Of a stretch of 64,000 nt of DNA, positions 51,507-64,000 are shown piece after piece. The notes beneath the pieces were generated by a model. It was not told where the DNA came from. It was given only the letters and a program-made list of their open reading frames with translations, and did no database searches. A program made the translations under genes and the position numbers. Positions within the stretch are counted from its first letter, which is position 1. Every line of letters begins with the position of its first letter. Origin of the DNA: Podarcis vaucheri (taxonomy: Eukaryota); the NCBI GenBank assembly GCA_965113315.1, contig OZ220371.1. The stretch is one strand, 5' to 3'.

Positions 51507-53069
51507 CTAAGCACATCTGGGTTGGGGCAGCAGCTGGATCGGAGTTCACCGGGGAATCACATGGATGTCTTGTTGGGCTCAATGATGAAAGAAAGGTAGG
51601 ACATAAAAGAAAGAAAGCAAACAAAATAAATATATAAGTAAGAAAATAGCTTGGGCAGTTATCAGGAATAAAAAGGAAATAAAAGGATGTTTTCTACTGT
51701 GGAGTCTTATCATCATTCAAGAGTTGAAGGCCAGCACAAAAATGGACACAAAGGACATTTTGCGCTATTTCAGTAACAGAGAGACATAAACAACATGCCG
51801 AAGGATTTTTTCTTTTTTTTAAAGGAAACTAGATATTTGTGGCTCAGATGTCAGACCAAACTAAAAAGGAAAGGCGGGGGGGGGGGAGAGAGATGTTTAA
51901 CTTTCAGCTCCATCACCACTGAGGAAGTACCTTGAAGGGGACAAGAGCACTTTAACAAAGTGGGATGCTTAACTGATTCTCAGTCCTGCTTTGTCACTTT
52001 CATCTTAGCAGTACACAGAAGGAAGCAGACTTCCGTGCCAACCCTTGGCATGAGGAGCACACACTGAAAGAAAGAGAGCCGGTCAGCCCAGGGACAAAAG
52101 GGGAAGCTGTTAGAGACTGCAGCCAAATCTGCATAGACAAAGCATCTGGCAAGAGAGAGTGACAAGGAAGAGGCTTGTGCCTGTCTCTTGCGGAGAACTG
52201 CAACAGCATAATCATAAACACCGAAAGACCTTACCAAGGAGAGCTGCCTGCAAAGGAAAAAACAAAAACAAAAAAAAATCCTCCAATTACCGCTTGAGGC
52301 AATTCTATTAATCTGTAGAAGAACTCCTGACAGAATGTCTATTCAATCTTCCCCCAATGTATTCTGCCTAATGGGAACCTTATTATGTTTGACACTGAGA
52401 GTAATTACCTCATGAGAATTTTGCATACGAGAGGAGCAAAGGCTTTAATTTTCTGCAGGTGTCTTAGACACATTCAGTGCCCAAAAGAATTAGGTGCAGT
52501 AAGCTACAGTAAGTCCCATCTTTATGTTAGCCAAAGACCACATGAGTGGTTGGGCTTTGGAGGACAGATGTTCTAGAATATTCCACTGCAGACTCTCTTG
52601 GAGATTATCTGAGCACATATGGCAGCTCATGTAGCAGTCTCTATTTTCTGTAAATGTCATGCAAAACAAGGAAGTCGACAAGCCCCTCTGCTTTGTCTGT
52701 AACTATATGATTGGTGACTGATTTAGATATGGAGAGCTTGGGAAAGCGGTCAGATAGATGGTCTACCTAGTTGATAGATGGCTGTACCAATCACCCCACA
52801 ATTTGAGCATATGTTATTCAATGTGAATTGGGAGTTAAAATGATGGGGTTGTGGTTGTTTTTTTAAGAATATGAATTCAAGACGCTTGCGATCAGTTATA
52901 ATTGTGAACAGGCACCTATATATGTTTCAAGGAAAATAATGTTGTGAGATATATGCCTGACTCCACATGTGTCCAGTGCACATGTTGTTGTTTTTGCCAT
53001 CTGTCTGTCTCAAGAGACAATGAAATGCACCTCTGGGCATGAAGCCAAACCACTGTATTAGCCACACCA

Positions 53070-53460
53070 AAGTGACGTCCCCAGGGCCCAAGCTTGGGCA
53101 ATGTATGAAGGTCCTGGACTGCCCACATGACAAGACCTCCCTCTTGGCCTTGCTGATATGCTCCAAAGGAAAGCAGAGCAATGTGTTTGGCACCAGCTTA
53201 GCTGCAGGAATTGCCAGGAGGAGGTTATAAGGCACCATCCAACCATCTTAGGGACTCCACTCTGGATCGGTGTAGGGTTTACTCTTTGGCTTTTTCTTCT
53301 CTGGAAGATGTCCCAGAAGGCACCAGAGTCTAGGCTCAGAGATTTCCTTCTCCTGGGTGGGCTACATTCCCAGGTTGACAATCCCTATCTTCCCCTCACT
53401 TCCCTGCACAGACCAGCACCCATCATTACAATAAGTGCATGACCAGGCAACTGCAAGAGC
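53070..53460 (-). mobile_element. Second copy of the 6085-6560 repeat (probably RTE-related)
   Basis: Collinear similarity to 6085-6560. Confidence 0.6.
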
Positions 53461-53687
53461 TTCGCTCCTTCTGAGCTTTAGTTCAAGTATAAGAAGCCGG
53501 GAAGGCTGTCTCCTGGGTGCCTGAGATTGGTGCAGACACAGATTTTGGTTTTAAGAGAAGCCTTTCCTTTTAACTTTTTTTTAAAAAAAATCCACACTGA
53601 TTTCTTTAAAAATACAAAATACTTCATTTAAAGTAGGGGGAAGGATACTCGGAAACAACCTATGGCCACTTTGAAGCTAAGCTTATA

Positions 53688-53905
53688 CAGTGGTACCTCG
53701 GGTTACATACGCTTCAGGTTACAGACTCCGCTAACCCAGAAATAGTACCTCGGGTTAAGAACTTTGCTTCAGGATGAGGACAGAAATTGTGCTCCGGCGG
53801 CAGCAGGAGGCCCCATTAGGTAAAGTGGTGCTTCAGGTTAAGAACAGTTTCAGGTTAAGAACGGACCTCTGGAATGAATTAAGTACTTAACCCAAGGTAC
53901 CACTG
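53688..53905. mobile_element. Mariner MITE (same family as 11231-11456)
   Basis: TIRs with TA TSD. Confidence 0.92.
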
Positions 53906-54022
53906 TAACAACATAGCCCTACACCCAACCCATGATAATTTTACTGATATTTTCTCTCTCCTTTGATAATTTTTGAATGCAATTGCTTTTCTCATTAATT
54001 GATGGAGTAGGCTTAGGAAAAA

Positions 54023-55168
54023 TTGCAAACATGCGCTGGATTATGGAGAAAGCCAGAGAGTTCCAGAAAGACATCTACTTCTGCTTCATTGACTATGCAA
54101 AAGCCTTTGACTGTGTTGACCACAGCAAACTATGGCAAGTTCTTAAAGAAATGGGAGTGCCTGATCACCTCATCTGTCTCCTGCGAAATCTCTATGTGGG
54201 ACAAGAAGCTACAGTTAGAACTGGATATGGAACAACTGATTGGTTCCAAATTGGGAAAGGAGTACGGCAAGGCTGTATATTGTCTCCCTGCTTATTTAAC
54301 TTATATGCAGAATTCATCATGCGAAAGGCTGGGCTGGATGAATCCCAAGCCGGAATTAAGATTGCCGGAAGAAATATCAACAACCTCAGATATGCAGATG
54401 ACACAACCTTGATGGCAGAAAGTGAAGAGGAATTAAAGAACCTTTTAATGAGGGTGAAAGAGGAGAGCGCAAAATATGGTCTGAAGCTCAACATCAAAAA
54501 AAGAAGATCATGGCCACTGGGCCCATCACCTCCTGGCAAATAGATGGGGAAGAAATGGAGGCAGTGAGAGATTTTACTTTCTTGGGCTCCATGATCAGTG
54601 CAGATGGTGACAGCAGTCACGAAATTAAAAGACGCCTGCTCCTTGGGAGAAAGGCGATGGCAAACCTAGACAACATCTTAAAAAGCAGAGACATCACCTT
54701 GCCAACAAAGGTCCGTATAGTAAAAGCCATGGTTTTCCCAGTAGTGATGTATGGAAGTGAGAGCTGGACCATAAAGAAGGCTGATCGCCGAAGAATTGAT
54801 GCTTTTGAATTATGGTGCTGGAGGAGACTCTTGAGAGTCCCATGGACTGCAAGAAGATCAAACCTCTCCATTCTGAAGGAAATCAGCCCTGAGTGCTCAC
54901 TGGAAGGACAGATCGTGAAGCTGAGGCTCCAATACTTTGGCCACCTCATGAGAAGAGAGGACTCCCTGGAAAAGACCCTGATGTTGGGAAAGATGGAGGG
55001 CACAAGGAGAAGGGGACGACAGAGAATGAGATGGTTGGATGGTGTTCTTGAAGCTACTAGCATGAGTTTGATCAAACTGCGGGAAGCAGTGGAGGACAGA
55101 AGTGCCTGGCGTGCTCTGGTCCATGGGGTCATGAAGAGTCGGACACGACTAAACGACTAAACAACAAC
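54023..55168 (+). mobile_element. 5'-truncated BovB (RTE) LINE, RT domain to 3' end
   Basis: FIDYAKAFDCVDH, GVRQGCILSPCLFNLY, NLRYADDTTL and RIDAFELWCWRRLL. Single frameshift in the A-run at ~54496-54503, (caa)n tail, and TSD aggcttaggaaaaa (54009-54022, 55169-55182). Confidence 0.95.
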
Positions 55169-55929
55169 AGGCTTAGGAAAAAATGAAGGAAGGAATTCTT
55201 GGCACAACTTAAGGCATATGAAGCTCTTCAGTTTTGTTTCAGTTGCAAATTGGAATTAATTGTAAATTGGAGGAGACATCATTCTGTCATTTTAAGACAG
55301 AAGCAGGCCTGGTTTATGAGACTAACACAAAGCGCTTTCAAAATCTGTTTTAGCACAACCTATATGCCCATGTCAAAATCCAGCAATACACAACCATACT
55401 GACTGAATACAAAACATTTTTTTAATGAAGCGAAGGAAACCATCATCATCCAACTTTTGCACAGCTTGTTAAAATGACATTATCGGAGCTGAGGCTATTT
55501 AGGAACACTTACGTCATGACAAAGAACATGTTTAAACAAGAGGGAGAAGAATATGTTCAAGCTTGTTTGGAAGCCTAATTAACATTTTGGACATTCTAAG
55601 TGATTTTAATTTGTTGCTCTGGAAAGGTGCCTTGTGGCTGTTTTTTTGTTTTTGTTTTTAAGCATCATGATTCCTTTAAAGTGTCTCCTACAATGAAGTG
55701 AAAATAGTGTGCCTAGCTATTGGGATATTCCATTGTCCTTTAAAGGGATATAGCAAATAAATATATACAAAATGCAACCAAGTTGTGCTGAACTCTGAAG
55801 GACAAGAGTCAAGGGGACCAGCAAAGCACTAAATAAAAGGATAAGGGCAATTAACCTCTCTGTGTTGGTTTGTGCAGCAAGTTGTTCTGGGGAGGGAAAT
55901 GGATGCACCCCAGACATGCTGGCTCTGCT

Positions 55930-56230
55930 GTAGGATCAAGTCCAGATGGAGTTTATAAAAACTGCATAAAACTCTACATGATATGGATAATGTCTGCTCT
56001 AGAGCTATTTTCAGTTTAACAAAGATGATGGAACAAGAGGGTATACATGAAAATTAAAGAAAATCTGATTGGAAACAGATGTTAGGAAGCCCATTTTCAT
56101 GCAAAAAAAAAAAAAGCTGTTTTGAATAGACAAGGAAGCAGAGTTGTTCAGGTAAAAACACTAGTCTCATTCACAAACAATTGAAAAGCAACCTGAGGTG
56201 GAATAGAATATGAATGACTAATGGGTCTCA
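55930..56230 (+). mobile_element. Old CR1-like 3' fragment
   Basis: acaagagggtatacatgaaattaaag..aaacagatgttaggaag..ttttc resembles the CR1 TRGH..KL....R...RK.FF region. Confidence 0.45.
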
Positions 56231-56479
56231 TTTAGAGAAACATCTCAAATATGCAATTGCCGTGTAATATGTTCAGAAGTAGATTGTCAAGGAATTCACG
56301 GGCTGAGATGACTGGATATTTTTTCCAGACAGCATTTGTTTTAGTTAGATTTAGAATTCCAGTCTCTAGTTGTCAATAGCTCATTATTTTTGAGTTTTCA
56401 AAACTCTTCTGAAAATTAATTAAATTAAATTAAAGCAACAGTGGGGTTTTTTGTCTCTTGTGTCTTTTTGTTTGTTTTC

Positions 56480-57608
56480 TTTTTTTAAGAATAATTTTTT
56501 ATTAACCAACCAATCACATCAAATCAAACCAAATTACATAAATTCCAAATTACACAGCCGAATTTTAAATTTTTGTTGGGGGTACCCATATTTCAAGTTT
56601 CAAAGGGGATCCAATCAACTTCTTGCTTCTTACTGCTGTTTTAATATCCACAAATCTAACCTTATTATGTTCACAGTACTATCCAGTCCTTTCTTATTGT
56701 TTTTTCCACATCTCTTGTTGTTATTTTCATATATTTTTCCTTTCTCTTTGTGACCTCTGATAGTCTCCGCAAGCTGGTTAGAACAGTTTGTAATCCTGCG
56801 TGGATATTATTTTTTTTATCCGGTAGCCGTATCCAGACGTTTTCCATATAACATCACTTCCATACATCAAACAGTCTTAGCATCATTAATCTTCACCAAT
56901 CTGCCTCCTTTCTCAAAACCTCTGAGGAGATTCACCAGGAATGCAGTCTGAAAACAAGTCCGTGCCTCCTCCCGCTATAAATCCTTTGGCAAGATGGCAA
57001 CTCCGAATTAATTGCTGTGTCATTCCAAAAGCTCTTATTGCTTCTCGATCTTCATAAAGCATACTTTGGTTAAAGTTTATCTCCACACAGACCTTGATCA
57101 TCCTGCTTGGGTCAGTTCAACCGACGATTCTAATGAGGGGTGGGGGTCTTGTAAATCACATAGAAGGAAAGTAAAAAAGGTTTCCCCCCCCCATTCAGTC
57201 CCGTAGTCAACATACCCACCCTTTGGTGTATCTTCATCGTTTCTCCAACCCGTCGTCTTCTTTCGCAGAGGTCACTTAAATTAGCAGACTTCACTCCCCT
57301 TCTTCACTTGAAATATGTGCATTTGCTTCTTTTGTAATTAATTATTCCAAATTGCTGCAGCTAGTGTGTGATCAGAGACAGCGTCCAGGAGAGCCAAGGT
57401 CCACACGGGGGCATTCTGCCTAGGGCCCTCACCCCCTTCTTTCGAATAAGGGGGCGATTTATGAGCACAGCAGGCAAGGGCAGTGTTCCCCATTTCCTTG
57501 GGGCAACAAGGGAGGCTGCCTACTCCCATAACAGCCTCTTAATTACCCCGTGTGGGTCGGAGAGATGGTACTGTCGGGCATTTCCAATGCGCCCCTAGTG
57601 GCCCCCCC
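56480..57608 (-). mobile_element. Non-autonomous retroposed element with L1-type insertion hallmarks
   Basis: Minus strand begins GGGGGGGCCACTAGGGGCGC with a CpG-bearing 5' region and ends AATAAA plus an A-rich tail. Flanking repeat tttgtttgttttc (56467-56479, 57613-57625). No recognisable RT ORF. Confidence 0.7.
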
Positions 57609-58315
57609 TTTGTTTGTTTGTTTTCAGACTGCAAGCATATAGCCACTTACCTTGGAACTGACTTCTGAACATGCATGAAGATGATACCAACGGTAGTATT
57701 TTAAAGGGTAGCATTTAACATTGTAAATCATTAACTGCAAGTGTCTTGTCACAAAAGCAGTAAGTATGTATTGAGTGAATGCTTTTCTTTTTAGTTATTT
57801 ATTTTATTTAACCAAATTTATTTACTGCTTGATTGTAGTAAAACCTCTGGGCAGTTTACAAGAAGCATTAAGGTGACTGATATTAAGATGAATGAGGTGT
57901 GGAGAGTGAGGCTTATATGGGCACAGCAGGAGTGTCAGGTGCTCAGAGTTCAGCAGGCTGCTCAGCCTGCGTCACCACACTTACCACTGCTGATATAGGG
58001 GTAACCTCTTCTGCATAGGTTAGCCTGTGATGTGAATCCCTTCATCTTAAACCTGGGGTCAGCAACAAGGCTACCCTCCAAATACTGTTGAACTATAATT
58101 TCTACCAACCCTGTGCATTAGCCACACTGGCTGGCTGGCTGGGGCTGATGGGAGTTATAGTTCAACATCTGGATGGCATGACTTTAACTACACATTAATT
58201 AAAGTATCCATTATACTCACCTTGAAAACAAATGCATCTATCATGGCTAAGTACTAGGGCCAAGCACATACTCTCAAAACAGGCCCACATCATCTACCTC
58301 ATAAAGGAATACATA

Positions 58316-58669
58316 CAGTGGTACCTCAGGTTAATTATTTAATTCATTCCGGAGGTCCGTACTTAACCTGAAACTGTTCTTAACCTGAAGCACCACTTTA
58401 GTTAATGGGGGCCTCCTGCTACTGCCGCTGCGCCGCCGCTGCATGATTTCTGTGCTCATCCTGAAGCAAAGTTCTTAACCTGAGGTAATATTTCTGGTAG
58501 CACCTTAAAGGGAAAAAAAGCACCTTTTAATTTTTATTTATTTATTTATTTATTTGACTATGGCAGACCAACACGGCTACCTATCTACTACTGTAATATT
58601 TCTGGGTTAGCGGAGTCTGTAACCTGAAGCGTATGTAACCTGAAGCTTATGTAACCCGAGGTACCACTG
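58316..58669. mobile_element. Mariner MITE with a Penelope fragment nested at 58498-58592
   Basis: MITE TIRs with TA. The insert carries tagcaccttaaag and gactatggcagaccaacacggctacctatct, flanked by TSD gtaatatttctgg (58485-58497, 58593-58605). Confidence 0.88.
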
Positions 58670-58679
58670 TAGTTATGGT

Positions 58680-58810
58680 TACAGATAGGTAGCCATGTTG
58701 GTCTGCCATAGTCAAAATAAAAAAATTCCTTCCAGTAGCACCTTAAAGACCAACTAAGTTAGTTCTTAGTTGGTCTTTAAGGTGCTACTGGAAGGAATTT
58801 TTTTATTTTG
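58680..58810 (-). mobile_element. Penelope pseudo-LTR end with inverted duplication (palindrome), lacking the hammerhead
   Basis: caaaataaaaaaattccttccagtagcaccttaaagaccaactaag followed closely by its reverse complement. TSD actgtagttatggt (58666-58679, 58811-58824). Confidence 0.87.
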
Positions 58811-61684
58811 ACTGTAGTTATGGTATTTGGGACTTTAATTGGGAGTCCAACAGTGATATACAAGATCTCATTTAGGCCATCCTTTTAAGAGAAAGAACAA
58901 CTTTCTTGGTTATGTGTACACAAACTTTTGAATGCTCCTAGCCAAGTTCCAGTAAGACAATGAATATATTCTTGTTTACTCTGCATTACTGATTGTTCCC
59001 AAAAGATTTGACCTGTATAGTATTCAGACCACAAGTATTTAGAATCGCCTCCAACAGAGTACCGCTGATATAAAACTATTATAATCTTCACTTTTTAATA
59101 TATAACATTTGTAGTGTCAAATATAAACTGGGCAGGGTTGCGCTGGCACCAATCCTATTTAAGTCTAGCCAGAAGAATAAAAGTTCTTTGCCAAAGAAGC
59201 TAGAAAAGCTTTCATCACAAACACCCAGGCCATCAAATCTTGGCTGGAAACATCTAGTACTTTCACACTGAGAAAAAAGATTCCAGGTTGGTCCATTTCT
59301 GTACCTGGTACTGTCTCTAAGCACTATACACAGGTAGTGAATGTCGGCAAAATCTGAAGCAACTCTAGTGCACCTATCCATTTGTCAATTTACCATGTGT
59401 TTGCCATATGGTTCTTGAACATGCATAGTATGGAACTTGTTACAATAAATCCTTACATTGGACCAGTTTACCCCACGTAGAATTAACTTTCGGTTGCATG
59501 GTGGTCTGAAGCTTAGCCATGGGCAATTTCAAGTAGAGGTTTCAGAAATGATCAATTGCATTTTGAACTTATTTTTTATACTTCCTTGTTTATTAAATGG
59601 ATTTATAATCCCCTTTTAAAGACAATTCTCCACAAATCTATTTTAGCATGTAGGCAGGACTCCCATGTCATATATACAATATGTAGATAGAAAGACACAT
59701 ACATATTTACACACAAACACAAAAATACAGTATTCAACCATTTAGAATATTTCAGTCTTAACAAACCAAATTTCAAACCTGCACAAAAATAGCATCAGCT
59801 GCAATAAGTCAATGAAGGCCACAGAGAAGAAATGAGTATTAGGGTGCATTTGAAATTAGGAAGATATGAGATCTGCCCTATCTCACAAGGGATCAACTTC
59901 CATAATTATGGAAACACTGGTGGAAAAAAATGTGTCAGGATGGGGAGAAATTCAATTTTCTTTTCATTTTAATAAGCAACAACCTAATTTGCATTTCTCA
60001 AACCAAAACATGAACCCCAAAACCACTAGCCATTGAAATTCACACATCTTCCAATTTTCTGATGCTTTTCTCCAACCAAAGTGAACAAAAATGTATATAT
60101 TCGTGTTTATCAAACTTCATATATTCGTGAAAATAACATACAGAAATGCATTGTTATAGGGAAAGTTGTTTCCACAACGTGTATATTAGACAAAACTGCA
60201 TACAAAAAAGTATGCTGACAAATCATGAAGATTTTTTATTATCACGAATTCCTGAGGAAATGTGGGGAACTGAATTCAAGACTAGAAAAATGATAAACCA
60301 AAAGTTGACAGATCTGCCAATCTCTAGATTTCTATGCCTTTCTATGGAATATAAATCTCTATTACAGCTGTTGAGCTGGAAACACTCAGTGAGCTTGGAT
60401 GATAGAATTGGCTAGGATGGCATTCCAAGAGTGGTAAACTCTGAAAACTGACCAACTGGTGGCATCAAAATGCTAGAGAGGAATGACAGATCAGGTAGAG
60501 AGAAAAGAAATGGCAACAGACAGAAGTGAGTAACGGAGCTAGGAGGACAGAACTAGATAGGCCAGTCTTGTCCCACCCTTTCCCCTCCTCCTTCCCTCGC
60601 TAGGCTAGTGATGGGGTAAACATTTGATTCAGTTCACATTTAAAGGCAAATCTACAAAGTTCACCTATAACAAATCAATATGAGCTATCCTTTGAATTTT
60701 GCAATTATCTGAATTTTGCAACCAAACAGTGTTTACAAATATACTTATATTAGGCGCAATTTTGCATAAAAATGAATATTACACATAGCACTTTACCCCT
60801 TTTCCTGGCACATGTAGCTTATGCATACGGAGCTTGTGTTGGGCCAGCAGAAGAATTTCAGCTGTAATGTTGTGGCTTGGTCCTGTCGTACACGCAGCAT
60901 GGCAAGAGCTTGTGCACTCTACCCTCCAAGGAGAGAGAGGAGAGAGACGGAGGATTGCTCGTCTAAAATGTCCAACATCATGTCTGATAATTAAAATAAA
61001 TAAAGCATCTAGTTAGTACCATGTAGTTTCTGGAATTCCTCTTGGAAGTGTTCCTAACATAGTGTTTCATGGAACATCTTTTGTTGATTCAAACTGTGAA
61101 ATATCAAACCAGATGTAGAGAATTTCACTTGGAGGCGTCAAGAGAAGGAAGGAGACAGCTTTCATTAACAAAGATTACAACAATGAAAGTGCAGCTTTAT
61201 ATTCATTGAACAGATTTGTCTTTCATTTATTTCCACTTTTAGCCATGTGTCCTAGCGTTATTTCATTCTTTTCTTATTCTCTGTTGTATGTGTTTTCTCC
61301 CTACCATCATATCAGATTAGTTTCTTCCATCCCACATGTATCCATTTTATTCCCCCTCTCTCTAGTTTATGAAAAGGGTAAAGTGCTAGGTCAAATCTCA
61401 TCATGACTATCCTCCGCAGATATTTGAGCAAGGAATACTGAAATCTATATACACAATGCTATTGGTACACCAGGATAGTCAGCATGTCAATCAATTGATC
61501 TTTATTGCTGCAATCCAAGATCACTCACCAAATACAATTTTACAGTGTACAGTCCAGCAATAGACTATTTGGAATTAACAGGATGGCAAAGAGTCATCAA
61601 CATGTCTGAACTTTGTGTCAGTGGTCTGACTAAATCCCTTTGTGGTATCATCAGATTTAAAGGAGGGCTCTAGATTAGCACATT

Positions 61685-62116
61685 CCCAGTAGTGATGTAT
61701 GGAAGTGAGAGCTGGACCATAAAGAAGGTTGATCGCCGAAGAATTGATGCTTTTGAATTATGGTGCTGGAGGAGACTCTTGAGAGTCCCATGGACTGCAA
61801 GAAGATCAAACCTCTCCATTATTAAGGAAATCAGCCCTGACTGCTCACTGGAAGGACAGATCGTGAAGCTGAGGCTCCAATACTTTGGCCACCTCATGAG
61901 AAGAGAAGACTCCCTGGAAAAGACCCTGATGTTGGGAAAGATGGATGGCACAAGGAGAAGGGAACGACAGAGGACGAGATGGTTGGACAGTGTTCTCAAA
62001 GCTACCAGCATGAGTTTGACCAAACTGTGGGAGGCAGTGGAAGACAGAAGTGCCTGGTGTGCTCTGGTCCATGGGGTCACGAAGAGTCGGACATGACTAA
62101 ACGACTAAACAACAAC
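61685..62116 (+). mobile_element. 5'-truncated BovB 3' fragment
   Basis: Near-identical to 54737-55168, with a (caa)n tail and TSD agat(t/a)agcacatt (61672-61684, 62117-62129). Confidence 0.95.
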
Positions 62117-63093
62117 AGATAAGCACATTTAACTATGGTCATTTGTTACAAAACTGTCATCTGTCCTCTTTTATTGATACAGAATTTCTCTCTGTGTGTG
62201 TGTACGTACATGTGTACATGTGCACACATAAACCAGAGAAGCCACACAATTCTGGGTACCAAAGGCCTAGTTAACGCCAAGCCAATATGGTACCCTCCAG
62301 ATGTTGTGGCCTCCAAGGCCCGTCAGCCTCATTCAACATGCTCAGTGGTTGGCGATGATGAAAACTAAAGACAAACAACATCTGGATGGGAATTGAAGTC
62401 CAACAACTTATGCTGTATTATTCAGCCTACTCCTTTAAAGCTTCCAGTAATATTGGAGATCTCCTAAAATCTCCTTTCATCATTCAATTATTTATTTCTC
62501 CTGAGTTTTATTCCAATCACAAGTGAGCACAGCTGGGGAAAAGATATCACAAAATGCTAACTAATAGCCCCATAGTTATCTTCATTTGGACAAACAAGAT
62601 GTTCCTTAAAACTAAAGCAACTGAAACAAGCAGTCTCCTGGACATTTGGGGAAGACGTTGCTATTGGCTTAATTACTCTTTTGAAAATAACTACATTACT
62701 CTTGAAAGACAATTCAAATGTTAACACAACAGCCAGAAACATATTCTTGTCTGCTACAGAAAATATGGCCCTAGCTAAAGTGTAATTGGCAGGCCATCCT
62801 GACATCCTGCATAAGTCAACAAGTTGGAGCACTAGCAGTGGCTCTTGCAGGGGAAACTGCCAGTTGAGAATTCAGAGCTTCATTTTCTACTGTACTTCTG
62901 AATGAGAATCATATACACACAAAAGAGCAGTGAAGCATTCATTACCAAACCACAATGACTGCGGCTTCTGAAATCCAGATGTTGTATTGATTTTTAAGTA
63001 ATTCAAATGACTAAAGTAGCTTCTCTGTGCTACACTGATAATTTTTTGACCTGTTCTATTTGCATAGAAATGTGCAGCAACTATCCAAACAAT

Positions 63094-63127
63094 AAAATTC
63101 CTTCCAGTAGCACCTTACCCAGCACAT
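63094..63127. mobile_element. Penelope micro-insertion (~34 bp)
   Basis: aaaattccttccagtagcacctta between the direct repeats tatccaaacaat (63082-63093, 63128-63139). Confidence 0.75.
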
Positions 63128-64000
63128 TATCCAAACAATGTCGCTAACGTCTTTAAGCATTTTTCCATAGACGAAGCATGTCAGAGTTTTGTTGCATGCA
63201 TGCAATTTGTTATTTGCTGTTCATTTATTCATTGTTACAAATTAGTTTTGTTATGGTTTTTCCCCATGCATTCAGAACCTTGAGAAGGAAATGACAGCCT
63301 TATCAGGTTTGGGCTCTGACTGAAACCTAGGATTGAAACCCATCTAGCTTGGCACTGTTTACACTAACAAACAGCAGTTCTCTAGAGTTTCAGACAGGAT
63401 ATATTTCCAACCCTACCTGGATATAAAATGGCTCAAGCCAGATACTGTCAGCATGCAAAGCATATGGTCTGTCCTTGAGCCATGGCTCTTCCTCCCACTC
63501 CATTTTATAAATGTGGAGGTCACCACCGAGGGTCCTGGGACACTCTGTTAATCTGTTGGATCCTATGCTTTTAATTTCATCCTTTGTTTAAGGAAACAAC
63601 AAAAGCTCCAGACTTACATACACACATTTGCAAATCAAATCATTTATAAAACATTTCTGTATGTTATTTTCACTAATACATGCCTTCTTATGCACATTTT
63701 ATCCTAGTATATTTTTGTACACATTACTTGGCACGGCAAAATCTGGAGAAATGTGAATTTCAAAGGATGACTGTGTTCTGATTTGCCTTTGTTTCAAAAA
63801 GTGCAAATTATGTAGGTTCACCTTTAAATGTGAACTGCATCAAATCCCCATCCCTACCCTGGAAACTGTGCATGGCAAAGAGAAACAAATACCCACACTT
63901 TCAAGACATTAAAAAAAAGTTACTATTATTTACCAGAACTCTTGCAACTTAGATACTGTCATCCATCAGAAGCCATATATTTAGCGTTGTGGGCCTGATT

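Noticed and set aside
48500-51599. Long Pro/Gly/Arg-rich ORFs (130-210 aa)
   Set aside because: These are by-products of stop-poor GC-rich DNA (the CpG island and the hAT MITE), with no recognisable domain.
1-64000. Conserved microRNA hairpins, CRISPR arrays or other prokaryotic systems
   Set aside because: A visual scan found no common vertebrate mature miRNA (not exhaustive). The hairpins seen are TE-derived, the DNA is eukaryotic, and there are no repeat-spacer arrays.

Overview
Repeat-rich vertebrate genomic DNA from a squamate reptile. Sauria SINEs, BovB, L2 and squamate-type Penelope and mariner MITE sequences suggest a lacertid lizard, which is an inference. I could not identify any host protein-coding exon; every recognisable ORF is a retrotransposon remnant (L1, L2, RTE/BovB, CR1). 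The main host feature is a CpG-island promoter at ~48.85-50.83 kb firing leftward (minus strand). It has a TATA box, a GC box, an RFX X-box and a probable ~60-nt non-coding first exon. If so, most of 1-48.8 kb is the long first intron of an unidentified gene. A 5'-truncated L1 with a 10-bp TSD splits this island. Best finds: (1) a Penelope-like pseudo-LTR inverted repeat carrying two minimal hammerhead ribozyme motifs, one per strand, plus four more TSD-flanked Penelope fragments; (2) the L1 insertion ~370 bp upstream of the TSS; (3) a 1.13-kb element with L1-type insertion hallmarks but no RT. Boundaries of old repeats are approximate, and family names come from recognition rather than a database search.
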